A stretch of DNA of 64,000 nt from Patescibacteria group bacterium (GCA_016861085.1 BOKR01000001.1:451271-515270), one strand, 5' to 3'; shown: positions 9,544 to 19,896, counted from the first letter of the stretch. The notes: generated by a model not told the origin, from the letters alone. Program-made: numbers and translations.

Positions 9544-12500
9544 TTTGCTAAAAATCCAAATATTGCAGACATGTTTGTCATTACGAGGTCGAGTGCATTT
9601 TCTGTTGCTTTTGGAGTGATCACAACCTTATCAATTGATTCAGCTTTATTATTAAACTCATCTTTTGAAATTGCTCTTAAATGATAGACCTTGCCAGGTG
9701 TTAATCCTGAAATTACGACTAAATGGTGGTTGGTGAGTGTTCCATCCTCTTGAGTTTTTTGAGAATATGTTGAACCACTTCCTTCACCAAACTCAATCTG
9801 AGCTGTAGCAGCTTCATCGGTGTTAAATGAAACTAATAGTTGAGCGCTAGCTACCTCATCTGTGCCTACTATTTCTCCTTCAACTTTTAGATCTGTGATT
9901 TGAGGAGGTCTTGTATCTGCTGAAGTGGTAACCTGTTGAATTTCTCCTGCTGCTTCGTTACCTGCGATATCCTTACCTTTTAGAATAACAGCATAAGTAG
10001 TTTGAGGTTCGAGGTTTGATAGGATCATTTGATGTTTTCCCTTTTTAAGTGCAATATTCACTTCATCTCTTGCTGAGGCTGGAGAAGATATTGGGTAGTA
10101 GGTTACAATTGAAGATACAGAAGTGTTTGATTCCCAGCTAACCAATAAAGTTGACTGGGCGGTTCCTTTTACCTGATTGATTTTTATATTTGATATCTTG
10201 GGTCTTGGTAAGGTTTCAAATGAATGAATTTCACCTTCATATTCTTCTCCTTCACTATCAAATGAGTTGATTTTGTAGTAATATTTGATGCCATCTGTGA
10301 GGTTGGTTAACTGTACGGTATGTGTTCCCTTACCTGTTCCTGTAACAATGTCAGTAATACCACCAAATGCCGAGGACTCACCGTAGTACACACGAATTCT
10401 TGCAGCATTTTGTGAGGTAAATTCCAGCAGCGCAAAATCAAGTCCAACACTTTTTACAGTCGCTTCTTCGGTTGTTGGTGGTGGTTCCGTGGAAAAGCTT
10501 AACTCACTAGACGATCCTGTGTTTCCGTCTTCGTCTGTCCACTTAGCTATGTAGTAGTATGTTGTTCCAGGAGCTAAATTAGAGAGAGTGAGTGAGTGAC
10601 TGGTAACTTGTTCAGAATTGGCAACTTCTTCATCAAAATACTCCCCTGAGCTTGTTCCGAATGCAATTTTTGAGTCAGCTGTTCTAGCAGTTGTCCAACT
10701 AACAACTGCTTTCTTTGTGGTAATACTACTAACTACAGGATCAGAGACAAGATCTGCTGGCACAATAAATTTACCATCAGGGTAAAGTGACACAATTTCT
10801 GAAAATGCTCCACAGTTATTTGTACTGTCACAGGCTTTTACTTTGTAGTAGTAGGTTTGTTGGGTTAAACCAGTATCAACGAATGAAATTCCACCACTTG
10901 TGGCTCTGTTGGTAAAGTTTACCCCATCCGTTGACCTATAGATTGAGTATGTACTTACTCCACTTCCAGTGTCAGATGGTGCTTCCCATGAAAGTGCTAT
11001 TTTCCAAGAGCTGGTGCTTTTAACCGAAACGTCAGCAATATCTATGTTTAAAGGAATTCCGGGAGCACTCGTGTTTGCGGTAAATGTTGTTTGTGCATAG
11101 TTAGAATAGTTAATATTCCCTGCTTCATCTTTTGATACTATGTAAAAAACATTTTCACCCGGAACAGTTGCGTATGCTCCAGCAATTAAATTTCTAACGC
11201 TGGTTGCAGTTGTAGTTGAAGCCGAAGGAAGTGCATTGATACTGTAGTAATACGATAAGTTTGCGGCAGAGCCAAAATATGTTCCAGTTGCAGGTGGATC
11301 CCATGAGAATGCAAATGAGTTGGCAGTATTGCTTGAGGGGGTAACAGTGAGGTTTACTGGCGGAGCTGGTGCATTGTCACTATTTACATAAAAATATGTA
11401 ACAGTGCTATAACTGCTGTAATTACCTGCAGCATCTTTAGTTCGAACAGAAAAGGTATTAACCCCAACTCTGTGTGATGGAATGTTATTTATTTCTGTTT
11501 CGCTAATACACTGGTCAGTTGCATACTCACCAGATTGAGCTCCTGTTTTATAACAGTAACTAGAGACAGGTGCGCCACTAGTAGTTGCCGTGTCCCAGGA
11601 AAAGTCAAAACTATCTATTGCACTATATCCTGATGGATCAGAAACCAAATTTGCTGGAGCTGATGGTGCTTCTCCATCATATTTGTAAATGAATGGATTC
11701 CAACTTTCGGCAGCAATATTCCCAGCATCATCAGTTGTTTTAATCAGTAAGTAATAATTTGACCCGCTGACCAAACCACTTGCTGTGTAGTCTGATTCAG
11801 TTTGAAGCTCTCCATCTTCAAATGGGTCAGCAGCTGCATTTGTTCCGAAATAGACATAGTAACCACTCACTCCCGAACCTGAACTCGTGTCTGAAGCACC
11901 ATTAGTTATTTCTGCATCAGGCCAATCAAAGTAAGGAGCTGTGTGGCTATACCAAGTATTGGTAACAATGGTTGATCCTGGTTCGTTGTTACTGTAGGCA
12001 CTAAATCCTGGAGTAAGTGGATTACTTGGAGCAGTAGTGTCACTAAAATAATTAATAGCATAACTATCTATAACTCCAGAATAGATGCCATCAGATGAGG
12101 TCAAAGTAAATTTAACTTCAATGTATCGAGCTGAAGGTGATTTAATTTGGTAAGTATAGGTTGTACCAAGTTGCTTTGTTGCTGCAACTGCAGTCCAGGA
12201 TGACCAATTAGTTGCATCTGAAGAGCTTCTTGTCTGAATTGAGAGGTTAGTGTTACTTGCCGATTCATATTCTACAACTAGGTTGGCCCATTTATATACG
12301 CTTGATAAATCATGTGTTTGAGAGGTGTACGTTCCTTCCTCTTCAAATGCACTAGTTGGTGTACTTTGAATGTAAGTATAAATACTATCTTGGAAACTAT
12401 TTGTTCCACCTCCAGTCAGCATAAAAATTTTATTGGTTCCATTACTTTCTGCAGAACCACCAGCAGAAATTCGTGCAGGTGAGTTGGGAAGTGTAGTCCA

Positions 12501-15500
12501 AGTATTTTCTATGATTGAATATTTAAAGAAATCAAAGAAATTTCCTCCTCTAGCAGCATACAGATAGCCATCACCACCATTGGTTAAAAATCCGTCGTTG
12601 TATACTGTAGTAGTCAGATCTGCAACAGCAGGATCACTCCAAGCATTTGCAGTAATATCATATCTATAAAATGGATTGTTAGCTACATTTTGACCTCGCA
12701 GCGTATAGAGGTAATTACCGTCTCGTGCTAATTCAGCACCATATCCCAATCCAGCTGGACTTGCCGTGAGAGCACTCCATTTCGTGCCACTACTACCTTG
12801 TGTGTCAAAGCGATAAAACTGTGTGCCTGTACCACCTCTATTCATATAAATATATCGTGAGCCATCATATACCATTGAAGTACCATAGTCTGTGTTTATG
12901 GGTGGTGGATCGCTAGTTTCCTCACTCCAAACGTTTGTTGCAATGTCATATACATAAAATTTCTGTACGTAAATTCCTCCTGTTAGGTAAATTTTGTTGG
13001 CAGTGCTGTCATATACGAGTGATGAACCTGTGTAAGTGCCAACAGGAGCAGTTGCTAATGGTGTGCTTGTTCCAGTAGCAGAGTTCCATTTGATAAATTC
13101 ATCGGAGAAATTTCCCCGTAAAATATAAAAATTGTCTTCATCACCTTTGAGAATATCTGCACCATAGTTTGCGTTTAGGTAACTGGTGCCTAAATATTCT
13201 CTGCTAAATAGCCCTCGATTTGGAATCATCCAGCTATCTTTATTAAGATTATATTTATAAACACTTGTTGAGTTGTTTCCGATAAATCCAAACAAATATT
13301 CACCAACAAGCTTTAATGAACCCCCATAGTAAAATCCATAAGGAGAGGAAGCAACCTGTGTCCATGCTTGTGCACCTACGTCATATTTGAACATTTTGTC
13401 GATTGAATAACCAGGCATATAGTACACAGTGTTTGTTTCAGGAACGTACTCAATAGATGAGCCTAAATATGGGAGTGAAGGCAAGTCTGGTAAAACTGTC
13501 CATGCGTTAGTGTTCATATTATAGACTGAGAAACCATCAAGAAGATTGCCCTGCGTTGCATAAATTAACTCGTTGGTTGTGTCTATTGTCAGATCTGCAC
13601 TAATATACGAAAGGTTTGAAATTGCTTCGTTTGTAGCACCAAAATCAGTATTGGACAAATTTTCCCATGTGTCATCAGCCGTGTTATAGCGCCAAAATGC
13701 ATCATCATTGTTTCCTCTCATCACATAAATGAATTGTTGCCCATCATATACCATAGCAGTGCCATAATAAGCTGTTAGCGGAGCGTCTGCTGCAGATTCG
13801 TCACTCCAGGTATTATCTTCAATGCTATATCTCCAGAATGAAGTTGTGTTATTTCCTCTCATGGCATACAAGTAGCCCTCTGGTCCTTCAACAACTCCTC
13901 CACCAATGTGAACAGTTGCTGGGGCGCTGGTGAGTGTTGTCCATGTATCTGTAGCTATGTCATAACTGTAAAAAGTAGTGTTGTTTGCACCTTGGAACAA
14001 GTAAAGTTTTCCTGATGATTCAACGTAGGCTACGTTTTTTGCACCATACTGTAATCCTGCAGGAGCATTTGTGAGTGTTTCTTCAACCCAAAAACCAGAA
14101 CTCCTACTCGCTAATTTAATTTGGTCATTTGCAACAGAAGTATTTGTCGTTGAACCGGTAAATTCAGCAGTAGTCCCAACCAGTAAACTTTGTGCAGGGG
14201 AAATTCCTGTGTAATTGTAAATGAATGTAGTTGTGGCATCACTGATATTTCCTGCACTATCTTTTGTTTTAATCCTTAAATAGTATGTTCCTGTGGAAAA
14301 TGGTTTGGTTACCAAGTATGTGGAAGCTGTTTGGTACTCTCCGACAATTTCGGGATCAGCAAGATTATTTGTGCCAAAGTAAACATAATAGCCGGCAACA
14401 CTTGTCTGTTCGTCTGCAGCTCCACTCCAACTAAAATATGGATTGACGTGTGTATAACTTTCGCCTGAAGTAAGCGCTGTTCCTCCGACCTCCTGAGAGC
14501 TACCAACTGTGGTATTAGGATTTGATGGGTCTATCGTATCGCCTACATATGAAATTGAAATGGAACTTAAAACAGGAGTGTTATTTGATCCTGAAGCAGC
14601 TAAGAGTATGGCTTTTACTTGAATGTATGTTTGTGCTGGCGAAATGATAGTCCCACCAGTAACTGTTTCCCAATCACTCCAGTTTGAACCATCAGTGCTT
14701 GTCCTAGTTTGAAAAGAAATGCTACTATCTGATGGTGTAGTCTGTTCACTAGAAAGTGACGTCCAGCTAGCGACAAACCCTAAATTTCGTGGTTCAGATA
14801 TCCAGGTACCAGAGCTAACAAAATTTTCAGCAGAAGGTGTGTAATTAAGGATACTTGTAAGTGAGTTTCCACGAAAAATATAAAATGATCCATTATCATC
14901 ATATTCTATTGAAGCACCTGCCCATGGACCAACATTTTGTGCTAAATAACCCGGGAGTGGCTCGAGTTTTCTCCAGGAGTCTGAAGCAATTGTGTATTCC
15001 CAGACATCAGTTTTATACCACCCAGCAAGTGCGATAACTTTCCCATTATGAAAAGCGATGTCAGTGCCATAGTATGGAGCAAATGGTGAACGGGCAAGTT
15101 CACTCCAAGTATTATCAGCAACAGAATATTTGAACCAGCGACTAATTCCAGTGCCAGCTAAGTAATAAACATCTGTTCCGTCGCTGACCATACGTGAGCC
15201 ATATGATGCTTCTGCATCAGTTGGCATATCAGTAACAGCAACATCATCCCAGCTATTACTTGAAATACTATAACGCCAGAATGAGAGGGTAGTAGCTCCT
15301 CTAGTGCCGTATATGTAATCACCACTTCCCGGATAGGCTAAAGAGGCACCAAACCTCACTGCAGCAGGGGTAGTAGCCATTGTTGTCCAGCTATTTTCTG
15401 CAGGGTCATACCTATAAAAATTTGAAGTATTACTTCCTTGAAAAAAATAAATATATGATCCGGCAACAATACCTTTAGTATCATCGTTAAAATTCGCAGG

Positions 15501-16664
15501 TGCGGTAGAAAGGGTTGACCAGGTGTTACTTGCAGTAGTGTATTTATAAAAAGTTGTAGTGTTTGCTCCTCTGGTGACATATAAATCACCATTGTAATAG
15601 ATACTATCACTACCAGTACTTAGGGTTGCCGGAGCATCTTGAGTCCCCAAGTATGTATCGTTGGTTGTATTGTATTTCCAAAAGTTATATGTTCCATTTC
15701 CTTGAAATATATACACATATGCATCACCACTATGATAGATTGCTCCGCCATATCTTGATAATCCAGGAAGTGCGGTTTTTGTTGACCAAGTACCAGTTGC
15801 AATAGTATAAGTATAGAAAGTATTGGTGTTGCCTTGTCTTGTTACAAAAAGGTCTGTGCCATCTGTGGTTATGTCGACCATTTCTGTCATAGTTGCAGGT
15901 ACATTAGTCAGTGCTGACCATGAATTAGCACTAATACTATACCTATAAAATGTCGCTGTGCTAATACCTCTTGGGGTGTAAATATAATCACCAACACGAA
16001 CTAAGTCAGCTCCAGCGCCAATTGTTGCTGGAGGAGCAGCAAGTGATGCCCATGAGTTTGATGAAGCTGTATATTTGTAGAAGTCTTGAGTATTGTTGCC
16101 TCTAACTGCATATAGATCTGTACCGTCAGTTGTTAGACTACCACCAGAATATACAAGATCAGGAATGTTGGCTAGGGTTTCCCAGGTATTTGCACTTATT
16201 GAGTATCGAGCAAATGTTTTTTGATAGCCACCAGCTAGTAGATAGACATATTCTCCTACTATTTCTAAGTCACCACCGGCATAAACACCTCTTGGGGTGC
16301 TTGCTAATTCATGCCATGTATCTGTAGCGGGAGTGTATTTCCAAAACGTTGTATCACCAACGCCTCGAGCAACGTAAATATTCGTACCATCTGATACAAA
16401 GGTGCTTCCAACATTAATTGCTAGATCTGGTGTTCTCCAATTACGAGCTCCCCACGAACCAGAGGCTTGTAATTGCATATCACCTTCTGAAATAGCTGTA
16501 GTTGTATTCGTTTTCGTACCTGCATTCCAATCAGCTCCTGAAGTAAAAGATGTTTCAGCTGCAAAAGAAACAGGCAACTTAAAAAATAATGCCAATAAAA
16601 AAAATAATAAAAATAAACAAACAACCCTCTTAAAAAAGTTGGTTTGTTTTACTGCGTAATTCAT
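9540..16664 (-). CDS. Giant (2374 aa) secreted surface protein built from Kelch-like β-propeller repeats and FN3 domains
   Basis: It has a Sec signal peptide (MNYAVKQTNFFKRVVCLFLLFFLLALFFKLPVSFA/AE). More than 30 repeats of about 47 aa fit the consensus G.DLY..RG..T..FY.Y....N.W..L...PA....G. Multiple FN3-like modules of about 95 aa follow, for example SKIAFGTSSGEYF...LAPGTTYYYIAKWTDEDGN. The protein is very rich in Ser, Thr and Asn. A good RBS (GAGGA) lies 9 nt upstream. Confidence 0.85.
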   Translation of the reverse strand: MNYAVKQTNFFKRVVCLFLLFFLLALFFKLPVSFAAETSFTSGADWNAGTKTNTTTAISEGDMQLQASGSWGARNWRTPDLAINVGSTFVSDGTNIYVARGVGDTTFWKYTPATDTWHELASTPRGVYAGGDLEIVGEYVYLLAGGYQKTFARYSISANTWETLANIPDLVYSGGSLTTDGTDLYAVRGNNTQDFYKYTASSNSWASLAAPPATIGAGADLVRVGDYIYTPRGISTATFYRYSISANSWSALTNVPATMTEMVDITTDGTDLFVTRQGNTNTFYTYTIATGTWSTKTALPGLSRYGGAIYHSGDAYVYIFQGNGTYNFWKYNTTNDTYLGTQDAPATLSTGSDSIYYNGDLYVTRGANTTTFYKYTTASNTWSTLSTAPANFNDDTKGIVAGSYIYFFQGSNTSNFYRYDPAENSWTTMATTPAAVRFGASLAYPGSGDYIYGTRGATTLSFWRYSISSNSWDDVAVTDMPTDAEASYGSRMVSDGTDVYYLAGTGISRWFKYSVADNTWSELARSPFAPYYGTDIAFHNGKVIALAGWYKTDVWEYTIASDSWRKLEPLPGYLAQNVGPWAGASIEYDDNGSFYIFRGNSLTSILNYTPSAENFVSSGTWISEPRNLGFVASWTSLSSEQTTPSDSSISFQTRTSTDGSNWSDWETVTGGTIISPAQTYIQVKAILLAASGSNNTPVLSSISISYVGDTIDPSNPNTTVGSSQEVGGTALTSGESYTHVNPYFSWSGAADEQTSVAGYYVYFGTNNLADPEIVGEYQTASTYLVTKPFSTGTYYLRIKTKDSAGNISDATTTFIYNYTGISPAQSLLVGTTAEFTGSTTNTSVANDQIKLASRSSGFWVEETLTNAPAGLQYGAKNVAYVESSGKLYLFQGANNTTFYSYDIATDTWTTLTSAPATVHIGGGVVEGPEGYLYAMRGNNTTSFWRYSIEDNTWSDESAADAPLTAYYGTAMVYDGQQFIYVMRGNNDDAFWRYNTADDTWENLSNTDFGATNEAISNLSYISADLTIDTTNELIYATQGNLLDGFSVYNMNTNAWTVLPDLPSLPYLGSSIEYVPETNTVYYMPGYSIDKMFKYDVGAQAWTQVASSPYGFYYGGSLKLVGEYLFGFIGNNSTSVYKYNLNKDSWMIPNRGLFSREYLGTSYLNANYGADILKGDEDNFYILRGNFSDEFIKWNSATGTSTPLATAPVGTYTGSSLVYDSTANKIYLTGGIYVQKFYVYDIATNVWSEETSDPPPINTDYGTSMVYDGSRYIYMNRGGTGTQFYRFDTQGSSGTKWSALTASPAGLGYGAELARDGNYLYTLRGQNVANNPFYRYDITANAWSDPAVADLTTTVYNDGFLTNGGDGYLYAARGGNFFDFFKYSIIENTWTTLPNSPARISAGGSAESNGTNKIFMLTGGGTNSFQDSIYTYIQSTPTSAFEEEGTYTSQTHDLSSVYKWANLVVEYESASNTNLSIQTRSSSDATNWSSWTAVAATKQLGTTYTYQIKSPSARYIEVKFTLTSSDGIYSGVIDSYAINYFSDTTAPSNPLTPGFSAYSNNEPGSTIVTNTWYSHTAPYFDWPDAEITNGASDTSSGSGVSGYYVYFGTNAAADPFEDGELQTESDYTASGLVSGSNYYLLIKTTDDAGNIAAESWNPFIYKYDGEAPSAPANLVSDPSGYSAIDSFDFSWDTATTSGAPVSSYCYKTGAQSGEYATDQCISETEINNIPSHRVGVNTFSVRTKDAAGNYSSYSTVTYFYVNSDNAPAPPVNLTVTPSSNTANSFAFSWDPPATGTYFGSAANLSYYYSINALPSASTTTATSVRNLIAGAYATVPGENVFYIVSKDEAGNINYSNYAQTTFTANTSAPGIPLNIDIADVSVKSTSSWKIALSWEAPSDTGSGVSTYSIYRSTDGVNFTNRATSGGISFVDTGLTQQTYYYKVKACDSTNNCGAFSEIVSLYPDGKFIVPADLVSDPVVSSITTKKAVVSWTTARTADSKIAFGTSSGEYFDEEVANSEQVTSHSLTLSNLAPGTTYYYIAKWTDEDGNTGSSSELSFSTEPPPTTEEATVKSVGLDFALLEFTSQNAARIRVYYGESSAFGGITDIVTGTGKGTHTVQLTNLTDGIKYYYKINSFDSEGEEYEGEIHSFETLPRPKISNIKINQVKGTAQSTLLVSWESNTSVSSIVTYYPISSPASARDEVNIALKKGKHQMILSNLEPQTTYAVILKGKDIAGNEAAGEIQQVTTSADTRPPQITDLKVEGEIVGTDEVASAQLLVSFNTDEAATAQIEFGEGSGSTYSQKTQEDGTLTNHHLVVISGLTPGKVYHLRAISKDEFNNKAESIDKVVITPKATENALDLVMTNMSAIFGFLAK

Positions 16665-16704
16665 GTGTAGTAATCCTCATCAATCATAGAGGTTTTTTGA
16701 GGGA

Positions 16705-16739
16705 AAAGCCATAATATCTTTTTAGTACATTATGGCTTT
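16705..16739. repeat. Perfect 11-bp inverted repeat (hairpin) overlapping the recO stop codon
   Basis: AAAGCCATAAT, a 13-nt loop, then ATTATGGCTTT. It lies between recO and the start of the giant gene. No U-tract follows on the minus strand, so it is not a classic terminator. Confidence 0.5.
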
Positions 16740-17275
16740 ATTTGTAAATATTCAAAGCTTTTCATCTTGCTGTCAGATAATGCTGAGATGTAATCAGAAA
16801 TGGTATTATATTTTGATTCATCAGGATGTTGAAATCCTAACTGAACGATGATTTTTCCAAGAATCTCACGGACAAATGAAGCAGGAGCCTTGCCGGCTAC
16901 CACTTGTCTTCGCAATAGGATTGCATAATGAAAAATTACTGGTTCAAGCTCAACTTCAACAAATAGTTTTTCAAAAATCTCTAGTAGTTGGGTAAGGGAG
17001 CGATAAGCACTTAAATTTTGTTGTAGCACTGAGCAATCTTCAATTAACGTTGCTTGGGTTAGTAAAGGCAGTGATTTTGTTTCCACACAAAACGCCTTAA
17101 CAATGTTTCCTGGCTCTAGATACGCTCGTTTAGTAGAGGACATTTTTCGAACACCTTTGGCCACAACAGCAATTTTTCCAAATTCCTGAGTAAGTAAGTT
17201 GACGATTCTGTCGGTCTCACCAACATTAACTCGTTTTAAAACAATACCGGTAACCGAAAAAGTTTTGTGCCTCAC
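16730..17275 (-). CDS. recO: DNA repair protein RecO (short form)
   Basis: 181 aa. The N-terminus TGIVLKRVNVGETDRIVNLLTQEFGKIAVVAKGVRKMSS matches the RecO OB-fold consensus (G.vL....ygE.d.i...lT...G.......GarK..s). It is short for RecO, so confidence is moderate. Confidence 0.55.
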   Translation of the reverse strand: MRHKTFSVTGIVLKRVNVGETDRIVNLLTQEFGKIAVVAKGVRKMSSTKRAYLEPGNIVKAFCVETKSLPLLTQATLIEDCSVLQQNLSAYRSLTQLLEIFEKLFVEVELEPVIFHYAILLRRQVVAGKAPASFVREILGKIIVQLGFQHPDESKYNTISDYISALSDSKMKSFEYLQIKP

Positions 17276-17379
17276 ATTGTAACTATAATTGTTTTTACCT
17301 GTTTCGTATAGACGAATTGATATGTTTGTATTATTATGCTACATAAATGTATATATAGTTATAGAAAAGGACTAGATAT

Positions 17380-17862
17380 ATGAAAAAAATTATTGAAAGT
17401 GGAGCAAAAGAAGCAAGACAAGTGCCTCCAGAACAGACAAGAGTGATTCTCGATCGTACTACAAGAAAAGACCGAAGATCTGGGGAAGAGTATCAAAAAC
17501 AGATAGCAACTGATAAAGGACTACAACAGCTCTTGAGACAAAATAGACAGCCATTAGTTTTGTTTTACCCAGACGATGCTGTTGGAACTGCTCATATTGT
17601 CTTTCCACCTTCCTCGTATGTTTCTAGAAGAAATTATCAACAAAGAATTACAGACATAAGTTATGCTTGGGAGACTGATAAAAAGTATATATTTCATAGT
17701 AATCAACTCAGAGGGCCAAAAACAGAGTGTAGTTTTGCTAGAACCACGATAAGAGAAGGTATTGCTTTAGTTAAGAGAATGATTGAACTATATAGGAAAT
17801 CAGGAAAGCAGGCTGAAGCTGCTGATCTTCAATCGTATATTGACTCGTTATCAGTGCTTTAG
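17380..17862 (+). CDS. Hypothetical protein (orphan plus-strand gene)
   Basis: 160 aa with no recognisable motif. The RBS AAAGGA lies 9 nt upstream. It diverges from recO and sits between minus-strand operons. Confidence 0.4.
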   Translation: MKKIIESGAKEARQVPPEQTRVILDRTTRKDRRSGEEYQKQIATDKGLQQLLRQNRQPLVLFYPDDAVGTAHIVFPPSSYVSRRNYQQRITDISYAWETDKKYIFHSNQLRGPKTECSFARTTIREGIALVKRMIELYRKSGKQAEAADLQSYIDSLSVL

Positions 17863-17870
17863 CTGATCCT

Positions 17871-19871
17871 TTAAAAGAATGTCTCGTAGGTTGTGTCTTT
17901 TTTAACCTCGATGATTTCTTGACCACCAGTGATATCCATCAGGTTTTGGACAGATTCAATACCACCTTGTTTCCAAATGTTCACCTTGTAGTCAGTCTGG
18001 TTTTCGTAAGGCACTGTATAGGTGAATGAGAGTTTGGCAGACCCAAGTGGTTCAAGTGTAAAAAAGCCATCAATTACAGTGAAGCCATTCTCATCATACG
18101 TTTTTGCTTCTTCCAAGAATCCTTGTGCTTCGACAAGTTGCGAACCCTGAGGCACATATAATCTGGTCCAATCTTTTAAGGTAGAATTTAAGCACAATAA
18201 ACCTGCCTCAAGGTTACAGTTATCAGCTTTGTGATTATTTTTGTAGGTAATTTCGACAGTTTTAGTAATCATTCCATCAACTGGAACTTCAGTTACTGTT
18301 TGTTTGACTTCATAGGTAATAAAAAGATTTGATTTTGCACCAGCTAGGTTTGCATTCACAATCCCAAGAAAATCTTCACCATTTTTTGGTGGAGTCATTC
18401 TGCCGGCAACATTGGCAAGTTCAGCTGCATTTTGTGCATCTTGATCAATAAAGTAGAACTGTGCATGTCTATTTTGAATGCTCTCAAATCCAGTCTTAAA
18501 CAATTCTGGCCAGGTTTGCTTTGGTGCAGTATAAGCCTTGGTTAACAATGAGCGCATTAGAGGCCCTAAAATACCTTTTCTATCTTCTCTCAAGTATGGT
18601 GTTGGTCTAGTAATGATTTCAGATAAGATATAGATAATCTGTGGGCAGTCACAACGAGTATCGTTTTCCGCAGTAAATGTACCGTACCCGGGAACCTCGA
18701 CTGGACCTAACACTTTCATTAGATTGGTCAAAAAATGGGTATCAACAGAAATGATCCCGTCAATATCCTGTGGTTCACCTTTCACAGTTTTGTAGTTCTC
18801 AAAAAAGAGATCCATTGCTATCTTAAAGTCTGGAGAGATGTTCATATCTCTAAGATTAAAATATCTTTCGGTTGTTAAATAACGGCCGAGCTCTTCGGGG
18901 ATAGCAATATTTTTGGTGAACTTTTGATCTAACTCATAAATATCGTCAGATTTTTCTGCTTCTACTTTACCGTCAGTGACGTTAATGATTGCATAAGCAG
19001 TTAAAAAGCCTCCTGTTGGGCGCAATTCATTATCATTTTGGAAAAGAATAAGATACTTCTTTTTTTGCCCACCAGAGCCAGCTACTTTTGGTAGTTGTTC
19101 AATCACTGGACGATACTCAACTAATCCATCGGCAGCTCCTGCACTCATCTCTTGGGCCATAAGGATGTACTCTCTCACTGGAATTCCTTTGAGTGTCTCT
19201 GGGTATCTTTTAGCATTGATGCTACCAAGTTCTGATTTAACTGTATTTAAATCAGTGCCAATGTCATCAAGGATGGGTGATACTTTTTCAAGTGTACCGA
19301 GAATGACCTTTAGGCGGTCTTCAGTTGTACCACCGGTGAATTCTGCACCAGCAAAACCTAAAACATCTGCATACGGGGTCACAGCGGTAACAGATTTTTT
19401 AGCAGCACTCAGTCCCGCCTCAGCAGCATTAAGACCATGTAATCCATCTTTATAATAGCCACTGGCAATAGGAACTATAGAATAAAAACCTAGCTTTTGA
19501 TATGTATTTTTGACAGTCTGAAACTCTGTCTCAAGTTCATTGAGCGTTTTTTCAGCTTCCGGCAAATTTTGGGCTTTAAATAGATCATAGGTAGTTTGGG
19601 CTTTAGCTTTGAGTGGTATAACCTGAGCTTGGAGTTCTCGAGCTACTGCGTAAGTATACACACCCATGATAGTGAGTACGAATGTGAGTACGAGCACTAC
19701 AACGATTCCACCCATGAGAACAGGTTTTTGTTTCAATTTCTGAACTAGCGTTCCACGACGAGATCTACTCTCACTTGTAACTGAGTTTTCGTTTATTTGG
19801 TACTCAAACGAATCTACAGAGGTAGTAACAGAAGTATCTTTAAGTTCGGTTTCTTTTTCTAGCATACTCAA
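17871..19871 (-). CDS. Membrane-anchored extracytoplasmic protein, DUF4012-like
   Basis: 666 aa. An N-terminal cytoplasmic segment of about 55 aa is followed by one TM (VLMGGIVVVLVLTFVLTIMGVY). It contains LILFQNDNELRPTGGFLTAYAIINV, which I recall as the DUF4012 hallmark (RPTGGF). It heads the glycosylation locus next to the initiating transferase. Confidence 0.45.
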   Translation of the reverse strand: MSMLEKETELKDTSVTTSVDSFEYQINENSVTSESRSRRGTLVQKLKQKPVLMGGIVVVLVLTFVLTIMGVYTYAVARELQAQVIPLKAKAQTTYDLFKAQNLPEAEKTLNELETEFQTVKNTYQKLGFYSIVPIASGYYKDGLHGLNAAEAGLSAAKKSVTAVTPYADVLGFAGAEFTGGTTEDRLKVILGTLEKVSPILDDIGTDLNTVKSELGSINAKRYPETLKGIPVREYILMAQEMSAGAADGLVEYRPVIEQLPKVAGSGGQKKKYLILFQNDNELRPTGGFLTAYAIINVTDGKVEAEKSDDIYELDQKFTKNIAIPEELGRYLTTERYFNLRDMNISPDFKIAMDLFFENYKTVKGEPQDIDGIISVDTHFLTNLMKVLGPVEVPGYGTFTAENDTRCDCPQIIYILSEIITRPTPYLREDRKGILGPLMRSLLTKAYTAPKQTWPELFKTGFESIQNRHAQFYFIDQDAQNAAELANVAGRMTPPKNGEDFLGIVNANLAGAKSNLFITYEVKQTVTEVPVDGMITKTVEITYKNNHKADNCNLEAGLLCLNSTLKDWTRLYVPQGSQLVEAQGFLEEAKTYDENGFTVIDGFFTLEPLGSAKLSFTYTVPYENQTDYKVNIWKQGGIESVQNLMDITGGQEIIEVKKDTTYETFF

Positions 19872-19896
19872 CAGTATATCAAAAATATGGTAGTAA

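Noticed and set aside
9540-16664. The giant protein as a RHS/YD-repeat toxin or a sortase (LPXTG)-anchored adhesin
   Set aside because: The repeat unit is about 47 aa with Kelch-like spacing, not the roughly 20-aa YD repeat. There is no LPXTG-like motif or C-terminal TM with a charged tail, and the C-terminus ends in an FN3 domain.
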